Shown: piece by piece, positions 8,619-15,316 of the stretch | Layout of the letters: each line of letters opens with the position of its first letter | Position numbering within the stretch: the first letter of the stretch is position 1 | Source of the DNA: Chlamydiae bacterium RIFCSPHIGHO2_12_FULL_49_11 | GTDB taxonomy: Bacteria; Chlamydiota; Chlamydiia; Chlamydiales; 2-12-FULL-49-11 | Assembly: GCA_001794905.1 (NCBI GenBank) | Contig: MGLW01000002.1 | Location: 1 to 15,316 of the forward strand | Direction of reading: 5' to 3' | DNA: 15,316 bases | Program-made: the position numbers and the translations under genes | The notes under the pieces: model-generated | Databases searched by the model: none | What the model was told of the DNA's origin: nothing | The model's input: the letters and a program-made list of their open reading frames with translations, nothing else

Positions 8619-8647
8619 TTGTTACAAAAAGTGCAAAATGGTATCCT
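8619..8647 (+). promoter_or_regulatory. sigma66/70-type promoter for glyA-clpP-dapF
   Basis: TTGTTA-N17-TATCCT with a TGn extension. It overlaps ATG 8638, which favours ATG 8668 as the glyA start. Confidence 0.6.
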
Positions 8648-8667
8648 CTTTTCCAAAAAGAATTGTC

Positions 8668-10131
8668 ATGTCATTTGTCAAAAAATTTTTGAAAACAGAA
8701 GTTCCTCGGGCCGAACTTGCCTATCTGGCCAACCTGGACCACCTCCTTGCCCGCGAACCTCTCATAGGAAAGGCGATCCTGGACGAATACCACGCCCAAA
8801 GCGGCTCTCTGAAAATGATCGCCTCGGAAAACTACAGTTCAATATACGTCCAGCTTGCCATGGCCAATCTTTTCACAGACAAGTATGCCGAAGGGTTTGT
8901 CGGCCACCGGTTTTATGCCGGCTGTGACAATGTGGATTCGATCGAGCGCCTGGCCGAAGAGCGGGCCAAAAAAATCTTTCACATGCCGTATGCTTACGTA
9001 CAGCCGCATTCGGGTGCCGATGCCAACATGGTCGCTTTCATGGCCATTTTGCACAAGCGGATTGAAGAGCCGTTTTTAATGCATCTCGGGCTGAAAAACG
9101 CAAACAGCCTTGGTGAGGCCGATTTTGAACACCTCCGGCAAAAGATGGTGAACCAAAAGCTTCTCGGCATGTCCCTCGATGCCGGAGGGCACCTCACCCA
9201 CGGCTCGAAGATGAATATTTCTTCCAAACTGTTTCGCGCCCTTTCTTACTCGGTCGATCCTAAAACGCAGCTTCTCGATTACAAGGCGATCGAACAGGTT
9301 GCCGTCCGTGAAAGGCCTCTTGTTTTGCTTGCCGGCTATTCCGCCTACCCGCGGATGATCGACTTCTCGATCATGAGGGAGATTAGCGACAAGGCGGGCG
9401 CCACCCTCATGGTAGACATGGCCCACTTTGCAGGACTGGTCGCCGGGGGCGCCGTTACGGGAAACTACAGTCCCGTCGGCTTTGCCGACATCATCACTTC
9501 AACGACCCATAAAACTCTACGGGGTCCGCGCGGCGGGCTAATCCTCTCGACAGAGGAGTATGCTCCGTTTGTGCAGCGGGGGTGCCCGTTTATTTTGGGT
9601 GGGCCTTTGGAAAACATCATCGCTGCAAAGGCCGTTGCTTTCCATGAAGCTCTCTCCCCCTCTTTTGCAGACTATGCGAAACAGATAATTGCCAACGCCA
9701 AAGCCTTTGCTGATGCCCTCCTTCGGTGCGGCTTTCAACTTACCACAGGGGGAACCGACAACCATCTCGTCATTGTCGACATCGCTGCCACGCACCGTTT
9801 GACCGGAATGCAAGGAGAGCGCCTTCTTTCTTCCGCCGGCATCACCGTTAACCGCAACTCGATCCCGTTCGATGTAATGGGCCCGTGGTTCACTTCGGGA
9901 ATCCGTTTCGGCACGGCCGCTTTAACCACCCGCGGCATGAAAGAGGGAGAGATGGACACGATCGCAAACATTGTCCGTGACCTCTTTGGCGATGCAAGTG
10001 GGCAGTCCGATTCGAAGAGCGGCATTCGCATTGAAGAGAGCCGCCTTGCCTTCCATCGGCAGCGGATAAAAGAACTCTTAGAGAATTTTCCCCTTTATGC
10101 TACACTCAAGCTAGAAGGAGTTTTGCTATGA
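8668..10131 (+). CDS. glyA: Serine hydroxymethyltransferase (long, chlamydial type)
   Basis: [14 protein letters not shown]...[34 protein letters not shown]-lysine motif [12 protein letters not shown], and [14 protein letters not shown]. Confidence 0.97.
   Translation: MSFVKKFLKTEVPRAELAYLANLDHLLAREPLIGKAILDEYHAQSGSLKMIASENYSSIYVQLAMANLFTDKYAEGFVGHRFYAGCDNVDSIERLAEERAKKIFHMPYAYVQPHSGADANMVAFMAILHKRIEEPFLMHLGLKNANSLGEADFEHLRQKMVNQKLLGMSLDAGGHLTHGSKMNISSKLFRALSYSVDPKTQLLDYKAIEQVAVRERPLVLLAGYSAYPRMIDFSIMREISDKAGATLMVDMAHFAGLVAGGAVTGNYSPVGFADIITSTTHKTLRGPRGGLILSTEEYAPFVQRGCPFILGGPLENIIAAKAVAFHEALSPSFADYAKQIIANAKAFADALLRCGFQLTTGGTDNHLVIVDIAATHRLTGMQGERLLSSAGITVNRNSIPFDVMGPWFTSGIRFGTAALTTRGMKEGEMDTIANIVRDLFGDASGQSDSKSGIRIEESRLAFHRQRIKELLENFPLYATLKLEGVLL
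10078..10120 (+). promoter_or_regulatory. Possible internal promoter and RBS for clpP inside the glyA 3' end
   Basis: TTAGAG-N17-TACACT with a TGn extension; AAGGAG at 10115-10120, 7 nt before the ATG at 10128. Confidence 0.35.
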
Positions 10132-10733
10132 GTTTTTTTGCCTCGGATGAAGAACACGAACCTTGCGAGTGTCATTGCGCGTCCAACACCAAAATTGAAG
10201 AATCAATCCTGAAAGAGCGCCGTATTTTTTTATCGAGTGCCGTAACCGAGCGTAGTGCGCGTGAAATCATTCGCCAATTGTGGTATCTGGAACATGAAAA
10301 TCCGGGCAAGCCGATCCTTTTTGTGATCAATTCCCCGGGCGGGGCTGTCGATTGCGGCTTTGCGATTTGGGATCAGATTCGCATGATCACCTCACCGGTA
10401 ACGACTCTCGTCACAGGCCTTGCCGCTTCGATGGGTTCGGTACTGAGCCTTGTCGCTCCCAAGGGAAAGCGTTTTGCCACTCCCCACTCCCGTTTCATGA
10501 TTCATCAGCCTCGGATTTCGGGAGTCATTCAGGGGCAAGCGACCGACCTGGAGATCCAAGCGAAAGAAATCATCAAAACACGGGAAATCCTCATCGATCT
10601 CTACGTCACTGCAACGGGCCAGAAGAATCAAGTCATCGAACAGGCCCTGGACAGAGACCTCTGGATGAGTGCCGAAGAGGCAAAAGAGTTTGGCCTTGTC
10701 GACAAGATCATCACTAACTTTAAAGAATTATAG
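10128..10733 (+). CDS. clpP: ATP-dependent Clp protease proteolytic subunit (ClpP1 type by gene order)
   Basis: INSPGG, catalytic Ser in AASMG, His in MIHQP, Asp in GQATD, and [22 protein letters not shown] overlap with glyA. Confidence 0.96.
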   Translation: MSFFASDEEHEPCECHCASNTKIEESILKERRIFLSSAVTERSAREIIRQLWYLEHENPGKPILFVINSPGGAVDCGFAIWDQIRMITSPVTTLVTGLAASMGSVLSLVAPKGKRFATPHSRFMIHQPRISGVIQGQATDLEIQAKEIIKTREILIDLYVTATGQKNQVIEQALDRDLWMSAEEAKEFGLVDKIITNFKEL

Positions 10734-11415
10734 TTTTCGGAAGTTTCAGGCGGCGGGAAACGATTTTATATTCTTCACCGACCCCGAAATTCTTCCCCTT
10801 CTCACGCCGGAATATATCCGGCATTTATGCCGCCGCAAATTCGGAATCGGTGCCGATGGCCTTTCCGTTTTCTATCCGGTAGCACCGCACGTGATCAAAT
10901 GGGTTTTTTTTAATAGCGATGCTACCCCCGCGCCGATCTGCGGCAATGCCCTTAAATGTCTTGCTCTTATTCTCGGGGAAGATTGCCTCATCGAAGGCCC
11001 CCTTTTTTCCTTCCCGATTCAGGAGAAGGACGGCCGCTTATGGATCGGCCTTCCCCCCGTCACCGTGCGCCCTCTGGAAGAGGGTCTTTACCACGCCGCC
11101 CTTCTGAACACACATATCATTGATATTACACGAACCCTCTGCGATCCTCAGCTTCCGGCTTTCGCCTCCCGGCTTAAAAAGCGGTATCCGGACGCCAACA
11201 TCCATTTTGCCGAAAACAATTGTCTCCGTTCGTTTGAGCGTGGAGTAGAGGAAGAAACGCTCGCCTGCGGGAGCGGCGCAGCTGCTTTGGCAACCCTTTC
11301 CGGCCACAAGGAAATCGTGCACAAAAGCGGTAGCATCACCTCATTCCAATCGGATCATGCGGGGAATCTTTGGATGCACGGAGATGCAGAACACATCTTT
11401 GACGGCACACTCTAG
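10690..11415 (+). CDS. dapF: Diaminopimelate epimerase (short, divergent)
   Basis: AGNDF, R.FGIGADG, ICGNA (catalytic Cys), FERG...TLACGSGA (catalytic Cys), and IFDG. The start is probably TTG 10690 or 10696 inside clpP (GAGG upstream); GTG 10669 is possible. Confidence 0.9.
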   Translation: MALSTRSSLTLKNYSFRKFQAAGNDFIFFTDPEILPLLTPEYIRHLCRRKFGIGADGLSVFYPVAPHVIKWVFFNSDATPAPICGNALKCLALILGEDCLIEGPLFSFPIQEKDGRLWIGLPPVTVRPLEEGLYHAALLNTHIIDITRTLCDPQLPAFASRLKKRYPDANIHFAENNCLRSFERGVEEETLACGSGAAALATLSGHKEIVHKSGSITSFQSDHAGNLWMHGDAEHIFDGTL

Positions 11416-11828
11416 TGTCCTAAATCATACTCGATATCATGCAAGGTAGACCACGAGAGAGCCTTTATTTTTGCCCGTACCATTTCGATGGGAAGGCCGC
11501 CCCACAAACGCACCTCGACATCCCCGTAAGGGGCAATCACCGATACGAGCATTGCAATGGCGGCAACCGCGATCATCACAATCGCAATGATATGGAGCAA
11601 AGCTTTTGCCCCCGCCCGGGCACATTCTTCCTTCACCGTGACTTTTGAAAAAGCAAGGTGGTAAGGAATACTCAATACCGTGCTCAAAAGAGATAATACC
11701 TCCCCACCCATCATCAAAGGCACAACCGCAATATTTGCGATGCTGGCCGCAAAAGCGGCAGTACGGTCCAGCTTCTCTCGCCACAGAAAATCCTTTGATG
11801 CAACCACGTCACTGAAAAGCGCTTCCAT
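11412..11828 (-). CDS. Small orphan membrane protein (2 hydrophobic segments), ~138 aa
   Basis: C-terminal half of the 11412..12251 ORF. Hydrophobic stretches AAFAASIANIAVVPLMMGGEVLSLLSTVLSI and ALLHIIAIVMIAVAAIAMLVSVIAPY. A good promoter ends 7 nt before ATG 11828. Confidence 0.65.
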   Translation of the reverse strand: MEALFSDVVASKDFLWREKLDRTAAFAASIANIAVVPLMMGGEVLSLLSTVLSIPYHLAFSKVTVKEECARAGAKALLHIIAIVMIAVAAIAMLVSVIAPYGDVEVRLWGGLPIEMVRAKIKALSWSTLHDIEYDLGH

Positions 11829-11835
11829 AGCAAAC

Positions 11836-11864
11836 ATGGTACCACTTCGTTTAAGATTTTGCAA
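11836..11864 (-). promoter_or_regulatory. sigma66/70-type promoter of the orphan membrane gene, predicting a leaderless transcript
   Basis: Minus strand TTGCAA-N17-TACCAT with a TGn extension, then 7 nt, then ATG. Confidence 0.6.
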
Positions 11865-11901
11865 AAAAAAATCGATAAAAACTATGGATTTTTTTATTGC
11901 A
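11860..11901. repeat. Imperfect inverted repeat (18/19-nt arms, 5-nt loop)
   Basis: TGCAAAAAAAAATCGATA-aaaac-TATGGATTTTTTTATTGCA, with one bulge and one mismatch. Confidence 0.7.
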
Positions 11902-11956
11902 GGATATTGCAGGATATTGCAGGATATTGCAGGATATTGCAGGATATTGCAGGATA
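11895..11956. repeat. Perfect 10-bp tandem repeat (TATTGCAGGA) x6.2
   Basis: Six exact copies at 11895-11954 plus TA; no spacers. Confidence 0.98.
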
Positions 11957-11964
11957 ATTTCCTT

Positions 11965-13338
11965 ATGGAAGATCTGTTACAACTAATAAAAAACCATGAG
12001 TCTAAGATACTTGAGTTTAAAAGAGATCTCTCCTCGATACTCCCTATCTTAAAAACAATTGTAGCCTTTGCAAATACTGCCGGGGGCACATTAATTATAG
12101 GAATCTCATCGGAACATAAAGTCATTGGAGTTAAAAATGTATCTCTAGCTGAGGAAATGCTTGCAAACGTAATCGCCGATTCCATTTTTCCTTCCATTTT
12201 GCCGGAAATCGAAATTGCTACAGTACAAAAGAAAACCATCATTGTCATCAAAGTACCCCATTGGAGAGGGCCTTTCTATCTGAAAAAAGAAGGCACCCCA
12301 AATGGAGTATATATTCGCTTAGGTTCTACCAGCAGACCCGCCGGCCCTGAAATGATCGAAGAATTAAAACGCTCTGTCACGAATCTTTCCTACGACCAAC
12401 AAGGAATTCCAGAACTGACATTAAAAGCTCTCAATTTTGATCAAATCAGAGAAGTTTTTAACGCCGCAAAACGGGAGATCGATGAAAAAAAATGCCACTC
12501 TCTGGGAATTGTAACTTGCGTCAGCGACAAAGTAGTCCCTTCCATAGGGGGACTTATTCTTTTCGGTACGGAGGAATTTCGAAATAAATATGTGCCCGAT
12601 GCAAGAGTAAGATGTGCACGTTTTAGAGGAGTGGATAAAGCTCATATCATAGACCAGTTCGAGGTTGAAGGAACCATTTTAGATGCTATCCTTGAAGTGC
12701 CAAAATTTATTGCCCGCAACACACGTCTAGGTGCAGACTTTCAGCACTTTCGCCGGAAAGATATTCCCGAATATCCCGAGCTTGCCATTCGTGAAGTGTT
12801 AATCAATGCTCTCGTTCATGCAGACTACGCTATCGGTGGATCTACGATTCAAGTTGCCGTTTTTGATAACCGCCTCGAAATCCAAAATCCGGGGATGCTC
12901 CCCTTCGGGTTTACTTTAGACGATTTAAAAGCAGGGGTAAGCCGTATCAGAAATAGGGTGATCGCTCGTATATTTCATGAATTAAAACTCATGGAAGAAT
13001 GGGGAAGCGGTTATAAACGAGTCATAGATACATGCCGAGAAAATCATTATCCCGAGCCGGAATGGGAAGAGTTTGGAACCTCTGTACGCGTTACTTTCTT
13101 CTCCTTCGGGAAAAACCGCTCTCTTCCTTCTGTCAAAGGTCAACTTAGCGCGAGACAACAAGAAATTCTCTCTCTGCTAAGAGGAACTAAAAACATGTCA
13201 TTTAAAGCCATTGTAGAAAAACTCTCCGAACCCGTTTCGGACCGCATGCTTCGGTATGATCTGGCCGAGTTGAAAAAAAGAGGACTCCTGACAAGTCTTG
13301 GCAAGGGCCGTTCCACCGTGTGGCAGTCGCACACATAA
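11965..13338 (+). CDS. Schlafen/AlbA_2 domain + HATPase_c_4 (RecG C-terminal-like) + C-terminal winged HTH protein
   Basis: ESKILEFK and IVAFANTAGGTLIIGI (AlbA_2); YPELAIREVLINALVHADY, FDNRLEIQNPG, RNRVIARIF, EEWGSG (HATPase_c_4); RQQEILSLL...SDRMLRYDLAELKKRGLL...GKGR (DeoR-like wHTH). An in-frame upstream ATG exists at 11884. Confidence 0.88.
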   Translation: MEDLLQLIKNHESKILEFKRDLSSILPILKTIVAFANTAGGTLIIGISSEHKVIGVKNVSLAEEMLANVIADSIFPSILPEIEIATVQKKTIIVIKVPHWRGPFYLKKEGTPNGVYIRLGSTSRPAGPEMIEELKRSVTNLSYDQQGIPELTLKALNFDQIREVFNAAKREIDEKKCHSLGIVTCVSDKVVPSIGGLILFGTEEFRNKYVPDARVRCARFRGVDKAHIIDQFEVEGTILDAILEVPKFIARNTRLGADFQHFRRKDIPEYPELAIREVLINALVHADYAIGGSTIQVAVFDNRLEIQNPGMLPFGFTLDDLKAGVSRIRNRVIARIFHELKLMEEWGSGYKRVIDTCRENHYPEPEWEEFGTSVRVTFFSFGKNRSLPSVKGQLSARQQEILSLLRGTKNMSFKAIVEKLSEPVSDRMLRYDLAELKKRGLLTSLGKGRSTVWQSHT

Positions 13339-13342
13339 CGCA

Positions 13343-15316
13343 CTAAAAGGTTTTGCCGATTTTGAAGAGGACGGCATTGTCGATGTAGTTGCTGCCGAAT
13401 TGACCTTGATAGAGAAGGGAAAGAAAGACCCCGTGGCGGATTTGATAAAAGATTTCGAGAGCGGGCACAACAAGGTTTTGAATTTTATTCAGAGTAGAAA
13501 CGGTAAAAGAGCTGCCCTCGCCGACAAGATAGGCGGTGACAGATCCGGTATTGAAGAGAGCTTGGTTCACGTACGAGATTTTTTCCCGGAAAAACAAGGT
13601 GCGGCTTGGAGAGATTATGCATATTTGTACGGCAGCAATGCCCAGTTCGCTACGGAGCATTGATGTGGTGTGGCCCGGTTGACGCATGCCGAGAACGCCC
13701 CCTCCTGATTCGGTGAAGCTATGCTCGTAATCGATCGCCCAATCAAATTGGGCAAAAGGCGTGACTGTTCCCCACGGTTTGGGGATATCGTAACCGAATC
13801 CGAAATGGGGTGTGAATTGCAATTGGTAGGTGCTGCTCTCGGCGATGCCGAGATATCCGGGAAATGCCACAATGCGCTTTCTATTCACGTGGATGTATCC
13901 TCCCCACAAAGCAAAATCGAGATAGAAATTGCAAAGATAGATCGAATTATAAAGACTCGCAGTAAAATCGTTTAACCAGGCGTCTCCGTCCGATTCATTT
14001 ACTTTAATCGCGGCATATCCGACCGCGCCGCCGAGAAAAATGTTGTCATAACGTATCGCATCGAGACCCATCAGTGTACCGGCAGTGTTGACGGTAAAAG
14101 AAGGTGTTTGGTTTTGTGCTCTAAAGTGTGAAAATTCCCCGAGAGCCGAAATCCATACGGTAAAATCATCGTCGCTTTTTTCCCCGCTTCCGTAAGGAAC
14201 TCCGCTCCCCGCTACAAGATTTTCAATGGGTTCGGAGATTGCGGTCATTTTCATGCCGCTATGCTGCATCGTATGGAGGAATCTTCGGTCTCCCGTGCGG
14301 TTTGATACGACACTACTGAGTGAAAAAGCAGTTGTTTGCGCCGCATAAGTACCGAAAGCATTCCGGGCAGGATCGATTTCTTCCAGGGCCGCATTCAACT
14401 GCGCCGTATTTAAAGCATAGAGACTGGTGAAAACCGGCGCGAGTGCTTCTGACGTCGTGAAAGTATTGATGTAGTTTGCCACGATAAGATTATTTCCCGT
14501 AAGGAAAGTAGTCGTGATTGTGTCGTGAGTAAAACTACTGATGACTAATTGGAGGAGAGTGCTTGTTTGTCCGATCGAGTAGGAAAATCCGCTTTTTTGG
14601 TTGGTGATGGTGTACGTGGCACTTCCCGAAAGCGAATCTGCGGACAAAATCGTATAAGTACTCGATGTATATGCTCCGGCACCTTCAGTGACGGCAACGG
14701 TGATCGATCCGGTCACGGTAGCCGCTCCGGTTACGCTAATCTTGGAAGCATTTGTGGGGCTGATTTCAACGGCAATCGTTGATCCGTCCTGCAAGGCAAG
14801 TGACGCAAGGGTCAAAGTGCCGATCGATGCTCCCGGTTGGATTGTTCCCGAAACGGTCGTCGCCCCATAGACGGTACCGGTCCCTTTCAACGTACCGTTA
14901 GAATTGACCGTCGCCCCGCCGTACATTGAACCCGTCACGTTCATCACTCCGGCGCTCACAGTTGCCCCGCCGGCAAATGTGCTGGCTCCGGCCATGACAA
15001 GAGTTCCCACCCCGGATTTTGTAATCGAAGCGCCCGCGCCCGCACCCGGCGTATAACTGCCGCCCGAGGGAAGAGATGTAGAGCTGTCGTCGGCAATCGT
15101 TCCGGAAAAGGTGACCGTTTCCCCGCTTGCCGGATTTACAACAAGCGTCCCGCTTGAAATTAAGAAAACATCGGAACCTGCAGCTGCGCCGTCAGTTGCT
15201 CCGCTGCCTCCGGCACTGCCTTTTGTAACAGTGTTACTGCTAAAACTACAATTGCCCGTGAAAGTAATGGACCCGGTATTAAGAAAAATTGCCCCTCCAA
15301 GTCCCGCTCCGCCGCC
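13343..15316 (-). CDS. Autotransporter (type Va) with a Pmp-like/beta-helical passenger; 5' truncated by the window edge
   Basis: The frame stays open from 15316: GGGAGLGGAIFL...FSSN...ITKSGVGTLVMAG... It is G/S/T-rich, has an alternating aromatic beta-barrel C-terminus and ends in Phe (KIGKTF). Confidence 0.92.
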   Translation of the reverse strand, partial: GGGAGLGGAIFLNTGSITFTGNCSFSSNTVTKGSAGGSGATDGAAAGSDVFLISSGTLVVNPASGETVTFSGTIADDSSTSLPSGGSYTPGAGAGASITKSGVGTLVMAGASTFAGGATVSAGVMNVTGSMYGGATVNSNGTLKGTGTVYGATTVSGTIQPGASIGTLTLASLALQDGSTIAVEISPTNASKISVTGAATVTGSITVAVTEGAGAYTSSTYTILSADSLSGSATYTITNQKSGFSYSIGQTSTLLQLVISSFTHDTITTTFLTGNNLIVANYINTFTTSEALAPVFTSLYALNTAQLNAALEEIDPARNAFGTYAAQTTAFSLSSVVSNRTGDRRFLHTMQHSGMKMTAISEPIENLVAGSGVPYGSGEKSDDDFTVWISALGEFSHFRAQNQTPSFTVNTAGTLMGLDAIRYDNIFLGGAVGYAAIKVNESDGDAWLNDFTASLYNSIYLCNFYLDFALWGGYIHVNRKRIVAFPGYLGIAESSTYQLQFTPHFGFGYDIPKPWGTVTPFAQFDWAIDYEHSFTESGGGVLGMRQPGHTTSMLRSELGIAAVQICIISPSRTLFFREKISYVNQALFNTGSVTAYLVGEGSSFTVSTLNKIQNLVVPALEIFYQIRHGVFLSLLYQGQFGSNYIDNAVLFKIGKTF

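Noticed and set aside
11680-11883. N-terminal extension of the AlbA_2 ORF to 552 aa
   Set aside because: Antisense to the orphan gene and runs through promoter DNA; the domain starts at 11965.
11895-11956. CRISPR array
   Set aside because: The units are 10 bp and contiguous, with no spacers and no cas genes in the window.
11838-12251. N-terminal extension of the orphan ORF to 279 aa
   Set aside because: Antisense to the AlbA_2 gene and open only because the repeat has no stop codons; a promoter points to ATG 11828.
11412-13343. IS or prophage boundaries around the AlbA_2 cassette
   Set aside because: No transposase or integrase, terminal inverted repeats, target duplication or tRNA attachment site seen.
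15008-15010. GTG 15010 as the autotransporter start
   Set aside because: The frame is open to the window edge and there is no signal peptide; the gene starts outside the window.

Overview
Window from a Chlamydiota (environmental chlamydia-like) chromosome, judged from gene content and gene order. In order: 3' end of a secretin (probably T3SS SctC/CdsC); a TPR/TM2-like membrane protein; a YidD-family gene; an AT-rich Inc-like gene; der; a SWIM-SNF2 ATPase; a compact RNase P RNA (rnpB) 5 nt downstream of cdsZ; the glyA-clpP-dapF operon; a small 2-TM orphan divergent from an AT-rich Schlafen/AlbA_2-ATPase-wHTH gene; and the 3' part of a Pmp-like autotransporter. The most unusual element is the ~135-bp spacer between the orphan and the AlbA_2 gene. 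It holds a perfect 10-bp tandem array (TATTGCAGGA x6.2) fused to a long inverted repeat, a candidate phase-variable or autoregulatory switch for a putative Schlafen-type nuclease/defence module. Other observations are the minimised RNase P RNA, signs of leaderless mRNAs, and a symmetric back-to-back promoter with paired palindromes between cdsZ and glyA. All calls come from reading motifs by eye; no database searches were run.
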